A stretch of DNA of 64,000 bases from Deltaproteobacteria bacterium (GCA_040218735.1 JAVJQW010000018.1:128001-192000), one strand, 5' to 3'. Counted from the stretch's first letter, positions 30,683-40,981 are shown. The notes: generated from the letters alone by a model not told the origin. Translations and numbers: made by a program.

Positions 30683-33355
30683 ATGCTCCCGCCGCCGGGT
30701 TATCGCGACCTCGAGCTCGTCGGCCGAGGCGCCACCAGTCGCGTCTTTCGTGCCACCTCCGCCCGCACCGGGCAGGTCGTGGCGCTGAAGCGGCTGCACC
30801 GCCAGCTCCTCGACTCCCCGGACGCCCTCACACGCCTCCGCCGCGAGTTCTCGGCGCTCACGAAGCTCAACCACCCTTCGATCGTCGCGACCTACGACGT
30901 CATCCGGTGGGAGGGCGACCCGACCGTCGTCATGGACTTCATCGACGGCGTCGGCCTCGACGAGCTCATCGCGAAGGAGGGGCCGCTGCACTTCGACCGC
31001 ATCCGCGCCATCGCCGGCGCGCTCCTCGACGCGCTGATCGCCGCGCACGGCGCCGGCATCGTGCACCGCGACGTCAAACCGCAGAACGTTCGCATCGCCG
31101 AAGACGGCCGCGTGTACTTGCTCGACTTCGGCAGCGCACGCTTCGACGCCGCCTCCGAGCTCACCCAGACCGGCACAACCGTCGGGACGCCCGACTACAT
31201 GGCGCCCGAGCTGTTCGCCGGCTCCGTCTACGACCCGCGGGTGGATCTGTACGGCGTCGGCGCCACGCTCTACGAGTGCCTCACCGGGCAGGTCCCGCAG
31301 GCCGCCGACTCCCTCACCCAGCTCGCGTTCAAACGCACGCACGATGACATCCCGTCGGTACGTTTGCTCCGCCCGGAGGCGCCCGAAGGTCTCGTACAGC
31401 TCGTCGATCGCGCGCTGCTGCGCAGCCCGGACGATCGCTTCGCGAGCGCCGCGCTCGCGCGGTGGACACTCGACAACCCGGACCCCGCGCTCGCGTTCGC
31501 GCGCCGTCGTAAAGCGCACCCGCCGTGTCTGCACTGCGACGCACGCATCGACCCGAAGTCGGCGTCGTGTCCGTCTTGCGGTTCGGACCACCCGTTCAGC
31601 TACGAGCCGGGCTCTTCACACGTCGTGCTCAAGAGCGTCCGCGATCCGGCGGCGCTGATGGGGGCGATCGCGACACGGTTCCCGGAGCGTGACACGAAGC
31701 TGCACGACGCCGCGCTCGCCGAGCGCATCGCCGCCCTCGAAGAAGGACCGCAGCGCCTCCTGTCGTTCGTCGACCGCGACGAAGCGTGTCGGCTCGCCGA
31801 CGAGCTCGAGACCGCAGGGGCGCACTGCGAGGTCGTCGACGACGTCGGCACTTCGGGGTGGCGCCTCTACGCGTGGTGCACCGTCGCATTCATCGCCGGC
31901 GTGATGTTCATCGGGAGCACCGTGCTGGGCGCCGACATCGGACTGCACCACGCGCTCTTCCTCGTGCTCCCGACCCTGATCGCGCTGATGGGCGAGCGTG
32001 TGTTGTCGGTGCTGAAGTCGATGCAAGGTGTGTTGACGGAGTCGCGCTACCCCGTCACCGCGTCCGAGGGTGCGCGCGCGCGCTACGGTGCGCTCGCCGG
32101 TTTGTTCGGCGGGGCGAGCCTGTTGCTCCCCGCCGCCGAGAGCGCGCTCGCCGCGGCCGCTGCGCCGGCCTCCGTGGTCGCTGCCGTCCCGCTGCTCGAG
32201 TTCCCGCTGCTGGCCGCCGCGTGCAGCACGGGGAGCCTCGCGATTGCGTCGTGGTTCCTACGGCTGCGTCGGCCTCCGAAGACCAAGAGCGGCTCGCCGG
32301 AGCCGGCCGCGCTCGAGAAGCTGCGGCGCGCGTTCAAGCTGCCGGCCGCCGTGCGCGATCGCCTCAAGCCGGAGGTCGCGGTCGTCCTCGCCGCGACGGG
32401 CCTCGCGCTCGTGCCGATCGAGCTGATGAGCCTCGACGTCGTGCGCGCCGCGACGGTCTCCGCGCTCACCGCCGCGCCGACCGCGGTCGCGCCCGCGCTC
32501 CCCGGCGGCGGGATGTCCGAGCTCCCGGTCGTGCCCGTGGAGCCGGTCGTGCCCGTGGAGCCGGTCGCGCCGATCGTCGAAGCGCCGCCGCAGGCCACGC
32601 CCGAGGCGCCCGATCCGCGCCGCGGGCCGGTGCCCTTCGGAGGCGCCGGGATCGTGTTGCTGCTCGGGGCGTTCCTCGCGGCGCGGATGGGGCGTCGTCA
32701 CCGACGCATCGCGGAGGACGGCCAGCAGATCCTCGACGCCGTTCGCCACGCGCAGCTCGCCGCGCCGAAGAGCGACCCGACGACGATCGAAGCCCGATCC
32801 GCCCCGGGCGTGCTCGACGACGTGACCGCTGCGGGCGACACGTCCGCCGCACATGGTTCGGCCGCTACGAGGCGCGCCGACGTCCATCGTGAGCTCGTCC
32901 GACGCGCCGACGCAGCGTCCGCCTCGCTCGCGCTCGACGAGGAGACGCGTGTCGCGCGCGCGTACTGCGGTCGCCCCGAGGACGCGCTCCCCGTGAGAAC
33001 CCGTCGCCGGATCGCGGAGCGCATCGTCGGAGCAGGGCGGGGCACCATCGCCGACCGCATCGCGATGACCGATGCACCCGACGCCTTCCTCCTCGCCGCG
33101 CGACGCCGCGCCGCGGACCTCGCGCACGTCCTCCCCGACGACGCGTCGACGCGCCTCGAACGTGCGCTGGAGACGCTCGGTCGTCGACTGGAGCCGCAGG
33201 CGCTCGAGGACGCGTACTTGTCGCGCTGCATCCGCGAGACGGACGACGAGCACCGTCTGCGCTTCGAGCTGCTCGCGCTCGAAGGGCGCATGGAGTCGGA
33301 GGCGGCCGAGGCCTGGTTCGCGTCGATCGCCGAGGCCGACGAGGAGGAAGCCTGA
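30683..33355 (+). CDS. Ser/Thr kinase + double-CxxC Zn ribbon + multi-TM C-terminus
   Basis: VALK, HRDVKPQN, DFG, APE; CLHC...CPSC; hydrophobic segments. Confidence 0.92.
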   Translation: MLPPPGYRDLELVGRGATSRVFRATSARTGQVVALKRLHRQLLDSPDALTRLRREFSALTKLNHPSIVATYDVIRWEGDPTVVMDFIDGVGLDELIAKEGPLHFDRIRAIAGALLDALIAAHGAGIVHRDVKPQNVRIAEDGRVYLLDFGSARFDAASELTQTGTTVGTPDYMAPELFAGSVYDPRVDLYGVGATLYECLTGQVPQAADSLTQLAFKRTHDDIPSVRLLRPEAPEGLVQLVDRALLRSPDDRFASAALARWTLDNPDPALAFARRRKAHPPCLHCDARIDPKSASCPSCGSDHPFSYEPGSSHVVLKSVRDPAALMGAIATRFPERDTKLHDAALAERIAALEEGPQRLLSFVDRDEACRLADELETAGAHCEVVDDVGTSGWRLYAWCTVAFIAGVMFIGSTVLGADIGLHHALFLVLPTLIALMGERVLSVLKSMQGVLTESRYPVTASEGARARYGALAGLFGGASLLLPAAESALAAAAAPASVVAAVPLLEFPLLAAACSTGSLAIASWFLRLRRPPKTKSGSPEPAALEKLRRAFKLPAAVRDRLKPEVAVVLAATGLALVPIELMSLDVVRAATVSALTAAPTAVAPALPGGGMSELPVVPVEPVVPVEPVAPIVEAPPQATPEAPDPRRGPVPFGGAGIVLLLGAFLAARMGRRHRRIAEDGQQILDAVRHAQLAAPKSDPTTIEARSAPGVLDDVTAAGDTSAAHGSAATRRADVHRELVRRADAASASLALDEETRVARAYCGRPEDALPVRTRRRIAERIVGAGRGTIADRIAMTDAPDAFLLAARRRAADLAHVLPDDASTRLERALETLGRRLEPQALEDAYLSRCIRETDDEHRLRFELLALEGRMESEAAEAWFASIAEADEEEA

Positions 33356-33356
33356 A

Positions 33357-35267
33357 GTGTACGCGCTCGACGCGGGTTCCAACGGCCTCGTCCCTCACGC
33401 GCTGTCCAAGGGCACGCGCATCGCCGACCGCTTCGTCGTGGAGGCGAAGATCGCGGACGGCACCGTCGCGTCGGTCTACCGCGCGCTCGACGAGCGCTCC
33501 AACGCGAAGGTCGCGCTCAAGGTCTTCGACCCGCTCCGCTCGGCGGACCCCGTCGCGCGACGTCGGTTCGAGCGGGAGTTCGCGATCCTCACGAAGCTGC
33601 GCCTCCCGGGCGTCGCGCGCGCGATCGACTTCCTCCCCGGCGAAGACCTCGACGTCCTCGTGCTCGAGCTCATCGAAGGCGAGCCCCTCGCCGACCGCTT
33701 CGCGCGCGGCCCGATGGACACCGACGAAGCGGTCCGCCTCGCGGTGCAGCTCGCCGCGACGCTCGAAGCCTGCCACGAGGTCGGCGTCGTCCACCGCGAC
33801 CTCAAGCCGCGCAACGTCGTCCTGCACGCAGAGCGCGGGCCGGTGATCCTCGACTTCGGCGTCGCCTGGTTCTCGAGCGCCATGACCCTCACGCAGACGG
33901 GCGCGATCGTCGGCTCGCCGCGGTACCTCGCGCCCGAGACGTTCGAGTCGAGCCACGTCGACGAACGCGCCGACCTCTACGCGCTCGGAGCCATCCTGTT
34001 CGAGGCGCTCACGGGGCGCGCGGCGCGCGACGCCGACACGATCGTGGAGATGGCAAACAGCGCCGCCATGCTCGACACCCCCTCCGTGCGCGATCACGCA
34101 CCGCACGTGTCCGTCGCGATCGACGGCGTCGTTCGGCGCGCGCTCTCCTGGGCGCCCGAGCAGCGGTACGCGACGGCGCGAGAGATGCGCCGCGCGCTGC
34201 TCGCCGGCGAGGACCGCGCGGTGGTTCCGCTCGACCGCAAGCTACCTTGCAAGTCGTGCGGGACTTCGCTGATCGTCGACCTCCCCGTGTGTCCGGGGTG
34301 CGGCGCCGCGACGGACTGGGCGCTGGAGCGCGGCGCGTACGCCGTCCAGATCCTCGAAGTCGAGCGCAAAGCCCTCGCGGCGCGTGCGCTCGCGGATCGC
34401 TACGGGACCGCGCTCCGCATGGACGCGTCGCTCCTCACGAAGCGCCTCGCGACGCTGCCGGCGCCGCTCGCCGTCGGTGTCTCGTCGAACACCGCGGAGG
34501 CGCTCGCGTCGGCCGCGCGTTCGGCGGGGTGTCGGGTGGAGGTCGTGCGGACGCGTTCCGTGCTGGGGCCGGCGCTGCGGGTGCCTTCGTTCTCGGCGGG
34601 CCAGATTCTGTACGGGATGGGGCTGCACTTCTTGGCGGTGCTCGGGCTCGGGACGGTCGCGATTCTGTTCGGCGCCTCCGACGATGCGGTGACGGCGGTG
34701 CCGTTCGGCGTGGGGGCGATCGGAGCCGCCGCGGCGCTGTGGTGGTCACGCGCGCCGATCCTCTCCGTCGAGGCGTTCGAGGCGCGCGCATTCGTGCATC
34801 CGAAGCTGGAGCCGATCGCCGCGCGTTTGCGTCGGCTGGCGCACCCGCGCTCGCGCCGTCTCGCGGCGGGCGCTGTCGCGCGGATCGCGCCGCTGTTGAT
34901 GGCGGACGACGGTGGATTGTCGGTGGCGTCCCAGGAGGACGCGTTCGCCGCGCTGGACGAGGCGCTCGACGCCGCCGAGACGCTCGATACGCATCAAGCC
35001 GTACTCGCTGCGCAGCCGCGCGCGCGCCTGAGGGCGCTCGCGGCGCGGACCGAAGTCGACTCGGAGGAGCACCGACGCATCGAACGCGCGCACCGCGAGA
35101 TCTCGGACCTCGCGGTGGCGCACGACCTCGCGGCGCGTCGTGCGCTGGAGGCCACGGAGCTGATCTCCGAGGCCCTCGCAGCGCGGGGCGTCGCGGGAGG
35201 CGACGCGCTCGTGTCGACTACTGCAGCTGGTTCTTCACGCGACGGTAGCCGTCGTCGAGGTGACTGA
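33357..35267 (+). CDS. Ser/Thr kinase + double-CxxC Zn ribbon + TM (architectural paralog of the previous gene)
   Basis: VALK, HRDLKPRN, DFG, APE; CKSC...CPGC; GTG at 33357. Confidence 0.9.
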   Translation: MYALDAGSNGLVPHALSKGTRIADRFVVEAKIADGTVASVYRALDERSNAKVALKVFDPLRSADPVARRRFEREFAILTKLRLPGVARAIDFLPGEDLDVLVLELIEGEPLADRFARGPMDTDEAVRLAVQLAATLEACHEVGVVHRDLKPRNVVLHAERGPVILDFGVAWFSSAMTLTQTGAIVGSPRYLAPETFESSHVDERADLYALGAILFEALTGRAARDADTIVEMANSAAMLDTPSVRDHAPHVSVAIDGVVRRALSWAPEQRYATAREMRRALLAGEDRAVVPLDRKLPCKSCGTSLIVDLPVCPGCGAATDWALERGAYAVQILEVERKALAARALADRYGTALRMDASLLTKRLATLPAPLAVGVSSNTAEALASAARSAGCRVEVVRTRSVLGPALRVPSFSAGQILYGMGLHFLAVLGLGTVAILFGASDDAVTAVPFGVGAIGAAAALWWSRAPILSVEAFEARAFVHPKLEPIAARLRRLAHPRSRRLAAGAVARIAPLLMADDGGLSVASQEDAFAALDEALDAAETLDTHQAVLAAQPRARLRALAARTEVDSEEHRRIERAHREISDLAVAHDLAARRALEATELISEALAARGVAGGDALVSTTAAGSSRDGSRRRGD

Positions 35268-35679
35268 GCAGGTCGGCCAGGCTCGCCTTCGCCTCCTCGG
35301 CGGTCTTCGCCGAGGCGTGTTTCACCATGTCGATCCGCGTCTGGACGTCGGCCCACTTGGACTCCAGAGACTCCCAAGCGTCGCGGCCATCCTTCTTCGC
35401 GAGGTCGAGCTGCACGCGCGCTTCGTCGCGCTTCTGCTTCACCTCGGCGAAGATGCGGTCGATCGCGGAGTCCCCCGTCGGACCGCTCTTCGCGCGATGC
35501 TCGGCGGCGCGGAGGGCCTCACCCTCGGGCGCATTCAGCGCGTCCTTCGCGCGTTTCGCGTCCTGCTCGACCGTGCCGAGCTCCACGTACTTACGTGCGC
35601 CCTGACGGTATTCGGCGTCGGCTTCTCGGTTGCCCTCGCCGTGGTTCGGCGTGTGAACTGCGTTGTGCATCGAAGTCAT
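35218..35679 (-). CDS. Small helical stress-protein-like fusion
   Basis: 'GEGNREA..Y..' module followed by a coiled-coil 'KQKRDEARVQLDLAKKDGRDAWE' module. Confidence 0.72.
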   Translation of the reverse strand: MTSMHNAVHTPNHGEGNREADAEYRQGARKYVELGTVEQDAKRAKDALNAPEGEALRAAEHRAKSGPTGDSAIDRIFAEVKQKRDEARVQLDLAKKDGRDAWESLESKWADVQTRIDMVKHASAKTAEEAKASLADLLSHLDDGYRRVKNQLQ

Positions 35680-35691
35680 GCCCCCGTGTAG

Positions 35692-35708
35692 AGCAAGTGC
35701 GATACCAA
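35692..35708 (-). promoter_or_regulatory. Sigma54 (-24/-12) promoter
   Basis: Minus strand reads TTGGTATCGCACTTGCT (GG-N10-GC) just upstream of the ATG at 35679. Confidence 0.7.
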
Positions 35709-35872
35709 CCGTTGCGGCGCTCCGAGCGCCCTGTAGCGGCCGATCCGTCGCGAGGAGCGTAGCGACCTGCCACGACCCCCTGCACGCCCCCACACGATCG
35801 CCACGCCCACGGTGACCGATCGGACTTTTTCCGGTGTGCGGACCTCTCCCGATCGTTTAGGGACCACGTGCC

Positions 35873-38302
35873 ATGTCCCGCCGTCCGCTCGTCGTCGTCC
35901 TCGCTGCCGCACTCCTGGTCGGGGGCTGCGCTCAGCTGAAGGCGCGGTCGGCGTACTCGCGGGGGGAGAAGGCTCGCGTCGCGGGGGACCTCGAAGGGGC
36001 GATCGCCGGGTACCGCGAGGCGTACGCCGCGGACCCCAAACCCGAGTACCAACAGGCGCTCGAGACCGCGCAGAAGGAGGGCGCCGCGACGCGCGCGGGG
36101 GTCGCACGCGAAGCCGAGGCGCGGGGTGACTACGCGGAGGCCGTGCGCCAGTGGGACGCGGCGCTCGCGTTCGACCCGAACGACGAGGAGCTGAAGGCCC
36201 GCCGCGAGCTCGCCGGGCTGCGCGCGAAACAGAGCGACCCGGTCGAGTACTACCGCGCCGCGGAGCGCCTTGCGAAGGTGCTCCCGAACGATCCCGCCGC
36301 GCAACAGGCGCTCGCGGAGTCGAAGAAGGAAGCGCTCTTCTATCACCTGCGCCTCGCCTCCGTGTACGCGGCCGCGAAGTCCTGGTCGCGCGCGTACGCC
36401 GAGTACGAGATCGCACGCACCATCCAACCGGACCACGCGGCGTTCTCCGGGACGACGTACCGCCGCACCGCCGCGCAGCACCACGAAGCCGAGGGGGATC
36501 GGTTGATGGCGCAGGGCGACGCGGTCGCCGCTTACGCCGCCTACGATCGTGCGACGACGCTCGTGTCGTCCTCGCGCGTCGACAAGAAGATGCGCCGCGC
36601 ACAGAAGGGCGCCGGCAACGTCCTCGATCAGCTTCGCGAAGCCGAGACGTTCTCCCGCCTCGGCAAGTGGGAGGAGGCGGCGGAGGCCTACTCGATGGTC
36701 GCCGGGCGCGCCGACGCGTCGGACGACGTGAAGAAGAAGGCGACCGAGGCGCGCGCGAAGAGCGCGAACCTCCGCGCCGAGCGCGCGAAGGCGTACGCGG
36801 AGCGTGGCCTCCCGGCAAAGGCGATCCGCGAGCTCGGCAACGCGGTCGATCACACGGACGGGCCGATCGACGCCGTGCAGGCGGCGCGGCAGGGCGTGGA
36901 CGAGCTCCTCGCGGATCGTGTCGATCTCGCGCACCAGCGCTTCGAGACCGCGAAGGCGAAGAGCGGCAGCGCGCTCGCGGCGGTGCGTGCGTCGTCGGTG
37001 GTGATGGCGGCTGTCGCGAACACCTCGTACGAGCGCGCGAAGGCCACGACGGATCCCGCGGAGGCGCTCGTCGCGCTGCGGCGCCTCGAGCCGTTCGCGG
37101 CGTCGCTGTCCGGTTACGAGGACGCGAAGAAGCGGCTGCGCAAGCGCGCTTTCGGGGCGCTGCTCGAGAAGGCGAAGGAGCGCTCCGGTTTCGGCAACGA
37201 CGATCGCGCCGCGGAGCTGATCGCAACGGCGCTGGAGATCTCCAAGCCTCCCGCGAAGCTCGCGAAGCCGCTGGAGGAGGGGAGCGCGGCGCTCACGCGT
37301 GGTGACTTCGCGACGGCGCTGCAGCACCTCGCCGAGGCCGAACGGATCGAGCCGCGGTCGCGCCTCGCGCGGGTGGGGCACGAGGTCGCGAAGCGGGCGC
37401 GGCTGCGTCAGCTTCGACGCGACGCCGACGAAGCGCGCGTCGTCGAGGACGCCGTCCGCGCGACCATCGCGTACCGCGCCATCCTGGACATCGAGCCGAA
37501 CGACGTCTCGGCGCAGCTGGGGCTCTCCGAGCTCAAGGGGCAGATCGTCGAGGACGCACTGTCGAACGCCCGCGCGCACGAGACGGCGGGGCGACCGGGC
37601 GCGGCGTTTGTCTACTACCAGCGCGTGGTGTCGATGGAGCCGGAGCACGCCGAGGCGAAGCCGGCCGTCGCGAAGCTCGCGAAGCAGCTGTCGGGGACGA
37701 GCGCAGCCGGGCTCTACGTCGCGCCGGTCATCCGCGGGACCCACCTCGGGAGCACGTGCCCGGGGATCGAAGAGAAGCTCCGCGATCGCCTGGGCCTGTA
37801 CCTCGATCGCACCGACGGCCTCGGCGCGCAGGTCCTGAAGGCGGTCGCGCAGGCCGAGGTCGACGAGAAGAAACGCGCCGCGCCGCCCGTCGTCCTTCGG
37901 ACCGCGGTGGAGGCGTGTGACGTGAGCGGGACGAAGGGCACCGCGCGCGTGACGCTGCAGCTGGTGCTCGGCGGCCGGGTCCTCGGACAGGGCTCGAAGT
38001 CGGGTGCGTTCGATCCCAGCGGCGTCCCGAAGGATGAGCTCGCCGACGGGCTGGAGCCGTCACGCGTGATGAGCGACGTGGTCGGCGACGCCGCGAAGCA
38101 GGTCGTCCAGTTCGTGAAGTCGAAGTCATCCGAGCTGGCGGGGTGGCGCGCGATCGAGGCGCGCGCGAGCCTGAAGGCGGGCGACGCCGAGCGGGTCGCG
38201 CGGTCCTACGCGGGCCTCGTGATGAAGAACGGCAGCAAGACCACCGACGAGCGCGATGCGCTCCGCGAAATCGAAACCTTCCTCAACAGCCGATACCGAT
38301 GA
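35873..38302 (+). CDS. Large TPR lipoprotein
   Basis: Lipobox LVGGC; repeated TPR-like helices. Confidence 0.87.
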   Translation: MSRRPLVVVLAAALLVGGCAQLKARSAYSRGEKARVAGDLEGAIAGYREAYAADPKPEYQQALETAQKEGAATRAGVAREAEARGDYAEAVRQWDAALAFDPNDEELKARRELAGLRAKQSDPVEYYRAAERLAKVLPNDPAAQQALAESKKEALFYHLRLASVYAAAKSWSRAYAEYEIARTIQPDHAAFSGTTYRRTAAQHHEAEGDRLMAQGDAVAAYAAYDRATTLVSSSRVDKKMRRAQKGAGNVLDQLREAETFSRLGKWEEAAEAYSMVAGRADASDDVKKKATEARAKSANLRAERAKAYAERGLPAKAIRELGNAVDHTDGPIDAVQAARQGVDELLADRVDLAHQRFETAKAKSGSALAAVRASSVVMAAVANTSYERAKATTDPAEALVALRRLEPFAASLSGYEDAKKRLRKRAFGALLEKAKERSGFGNDDRAAELIATALEISKPPAKLAKPLEEGSAALTRGDFATALQHLAEAERIEPRSRLARVGHEVAKRARLRQLRRDADEARVVEDAVRATIAYRAILDIEPNDVSAQLGLSELKGQIVEDALSNARAHETAGRPGAAFVYYQRVVSMEPEHAEAKPAVAKLAKQLSGTSAAGLYVAPVIRGTHLGSTCPGIEEKLRDRLGLYLDRTDGLGAQVLKAVAQAEVDEKKRAAPPVVLRTAVEACDVSGTKGTARVTLQLVLGGRVLGQGSKSGAFDPSGVPKDELADGLEPSRVMSDVVGDAAKQVVQFVKSKSSELAGWRAIEARASLKAGDAERVARSYAGLVMKNGSKTTDERDALREIETFLNSRYR

Positions 38303-39456
38303 ATCCATTGAATAGATACTCCTGGGTGGCCGTCGTCTTGCTGACGACCGGCTGCCTCGGGCGCGTCAGCCTCGCGCCCCACCTCAACCGCGAGCGTGAG
38401 CTCGCACCGGATACCGTCGCGGGGCGACACAGCGCGGTCCTGGATCGCGCGGCGGCGTTCGAGAAACAGAACGAGAAGTCGCGCGACATCTACTGGTACC
38501 GGACGTGGCGTGCGTCGGCGATGGTCGGCCTCGAGCAGTACGAACCCGCGCTGGAGCTCCTCGGCGAGATTCAGTCCGAGATGACGCAGGCGAAGTCGCC
38601 GCCGGCGCAGTCGGATCGGCTGCGCATGTTCATCTACGATCTCGAAGCCAAGGCGTTGCTCGCGATGGGCCGCCCCGCGGAGGCGCTCGGCCGCCTCGAG
38701 CGCGCGTTGCCGATCGCGAAGGACGCGCCGCTCGAAGGGGGCGGGGATTGTGACCGCGAGCTGGTGCTCGGCGCGCGGCACGAGCAGCTCCACCGCGTCG
38801 CCGCCGCCGCCGGCGAGCGTGATCGCTCGGAGCGCGCGAAGGGGGAGGTCGGTCGTTACCTCGAACGTTGGGCGCGGTGTGTCGCCGCGACCGACTACCC
38901 GGGGATGGCGCCGACGTTGGGGTTGGTCGACGCGATCTCGGGGGCGCCGGTCGCCGTGGCTGCACCTCCGGCCCCGCGTGCCCCTCCGCCTCCCGTTGCG
39001 CCGCCGCCGCCGGCCTCACCGCCTCCGCCCGCCGCGCCGCCTCCGCCGCCTTCGCGACCGGGGCAGACGCCGGTCTCGGCGCTCCAGGTGACGACCGGGG
39101 TGTACGCGCCGGTCAGCGCGGACGCGCACCGTTCCGGCATCAACGCGGTGAAGCCGCTGTTGTCGGGACCGCTGAAGGACGCGCGGCTCGGGGTGGTGAT
39201 TCGTACGGACGGCCGCCACCACGCGCTCAAGGTGATCGCACCCGGGCGCGTGGCGAACGTGGAGGCGTTGGTGCCCTCGCTGAAGTCGATGGTCGTCTTC
39301 TTCGAGAACACCCGGACGGTGAAACCTTCGGTGACCTACGTGCTCATCGACGCCGGCGGCACGCTCATCCTCGCGTCGAAGGACGACGTCTTCGACTTGT
39401 TCTTGGAGCGCATCGGCGTCACCGAGTTCGTCGGGCGACTGCGCCGGCTCCCCTGA
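38299..39456 (+). CDS. Lipoprotein with TPR-like N-terminus and Pro-rich linker
   Basis: ATGA overlap; lipobox LTTGC. Confidence 0.82.
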   Translation: MNPLNRYSWVAVVLLTTGCLGRVSLAPHLNRERELAPDTVAGRHSAVLDRAAAFEKQNEKSRDIYWYRTWRASAMVGLEQYEPALELLGEIQSEMTQAKSPPAQSDRLRMFIYDLEAKALLAMGRPAEALGRLERALPIAKDAPLEGGGDCDRELVLGARHEQLHRVAAAAGERDRSERAKGEVGRYLERWARCVAATDYPGMAPTLGLVDAISGAPVAVAAPPAPRAPPPPVAPPPPASPPPPAAPPPPPSRPGQTPVSALQVTTGVYAPVSADAHRSGINAVKPLLSGPLKDARLGVVIRTDGRHHALKVIAPGRVANVEALVPSLKSMVVFFENTRTVKPSVTYVLIDAGGTLILASKDDVFDLFLERIGVTEFVGRLRRLP

Positions 39457-40865
39457 AATCGCAGCGCGGTGATCTGCGCGCGATAGCCGAAGATCGCCTC
39501 GAGCTGCGGCTGCACGAACAGCGCCTCCGCGATCCACCCGAGCGGCCCGAAGGGCGCCGCGAAGTGCACGCGATCGATCATCTTCGTGCGATCACCGTGA
39601 CGCTCGAAGAGGTGGACGTGGTGCCACGACGCGTACGGGCCGCGCAGCTGCGTATCGACGAACCGCTCCATCGGAACGACCTCCTCGATCCGCGTCTTCC
39701 ACTTCATCGGCACCGGGCCGAGGCGGATGAGGTACTCGATCTCCGTCCCCGGTGACATCTCGTCCGGGACGGCCGTCTGGACCTCGAACGACATCGATGG
39801 CGGCGTCATCGCGCCGAGGTTCTGCGGCTTGCTGAAGAACGCGTAGACCTCCTCGAGCGGCGCGTCGATCCAGGTCACCTGCTCGAGCACCCGGCGGACC
39901 GGGCGCCCGTTCAGGTAGTCGGACTCGGGGAGCTCACGCGGCTTGGTCAGCGTTACGCTTTTTTTTTCCACGAGGATGTCGTTCAGCGCCTCGTCGATCG
40001 TGGAGAACTCGAACTCGAAGCCGAGCGCCTGCGCGCGCTTCGGCTCCGCGCGCTGCCCCTCGAGGAGCACCTGCGACGCCTCGCCGAAGATCGCCTTCAG
40101 CGCAAACGACGGCACCGGGACGATCGTCGGGCGGTGCAGCGCGTTGCCCATCGCCGAGGTGAACGTCTTGTTGTCCACCGGCGTCGGGCCGGTCGCGTTG
40201 AAGACACCCGCGTAGCGATCGTCGGTCAGCGCGGTCGCCATCAGCTCGACGAGGTCCGCGATGTGGACCCACGGCATGTACTGGTTGCCGCTGCCGAGCT
40301 TGCCGCCGCCGCCCATCTTGAACGCGGGGAGCATCTTCTGGAGCGCTCCGCCGCCGCGGCCGAGCACGACGCCGATGCGCAGCGCCGCGACGCGGAGGCC
40401 GTGGGTCTTCGCCGCGAACGCGGACTGCTCCCAGCCGTCACACAGCTCGGCGAGGAAGTCGTCGCCGCGCGAGCTCTCCTCGGTGAGGACCTCGTCGCCG
40501 CGGCTCCCGTAGAAACCGACGGCGCTCGCGCTGACGAGCACCTTGGGGCGCTCTTCCATCGCGCCGATCGCTTCGACCATGGCCTGCGTGCGATCGACGC
40601 GGCTCTCGACGAGCGCCTTCTTCTTCTTCTCGGTCCAACGACCCGAGACGATCGGTTCGCCGGCGAGGTTCACGATCCCCTCGACACCGGCGAGCGATGC
40701 GCTCCACGCGTCGTCCGTCGAGACCACCTCGACGTCCGCGCCGAGCGCGTTCTTCGCGCGCTCCACGGAGCGCGACTGCACGACCACCTGGTGGCCGTCG
40801 GCGAGCAGACGCGGCACGAGCGCGCGCCCGACGAATCCTGTTGCTCCCGTGACTAGAACCTTCAT
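39336..40865 (-). CDS. TIGR01777-family NAD-dependent epimerase fused to an SRPBCC domain
   Basis: 'MKVLVTGATGFVG', 'VNLAGEPI..RW', 'ASAVGFYG'; C-terminal 'FVDTQLRGPYASWHHVH'. Confidence 0.92.
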   Translation of the reverse strand: MKVLVTGATGFVGRALVPRLLADGHQVVVQSRSVERAKNALGADVEVVSTDDAWSASLAGVEGIVNLAGEPIVSGRWTEKKKKALVESRVDRTQAMVEAIGAMEERPKVLVSASAVGFYGSRGDEVLTEESSRGDDFLAELCDGWEQSAFAAKTHGLRVAALRIGVVLGRGGGALQKMLPAFKMGGGGKLGSGNQYMPWVHIADLVELMATALTDDRYAGVFNATGPTPVDNKTFTSAMGNALHRPTIVPVPSFALKAIFGEASQVLLEGQRAEPKRAQALGFEFEFSTIDEALNDILVEKKSVTLTKPRELPESDYLNGRPVRRVLEQVTWIDAPLEEVYAFFSKPQNLGAMTPPSMSFEVQTAVPDEMSPGTEIEYLIRLGPVPMKWKTRIEEVVPMERFVDTQLRGPYASWHHVHLFERHGDRTKMIDRVHFAAPFGPLGWIAEALFVQPQLEAIFGYRAQITALRFQGSRRSRPTNSVTPMRSKNKSKTSSFDARMSVPPASMST

Positions 40866-40885
40866 TTCGATTTGCCTCCTAGGAT

Positions 40886-40951
40886 GAATCTGGACGTTTT
40901 GGGCGGACATTGTCAAGAAATCTGGACAAAAATCTGTGCAGGACCTTGACG
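40886..40951. promoter_or_regulatory. Divergent promoter region with CarH-like direct repeats
   Basis: AATCTGGAC occurs twice, plus AATCTGTGCA and ACCTTGAC; minus-strand TTGACA at 40916-40911. Confidence 0.6.
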
Positions 40952-40981
40952 GGGCCGCGCGCTTCGGGTGGGGTAAGGGGC

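Noticed and set aside
39336-39456. 121-bp convergent overlap of two CDS
   Set aside because: Probably a lost stop codon with run-on after the SRPBCC domain; common in high-GC genomes.
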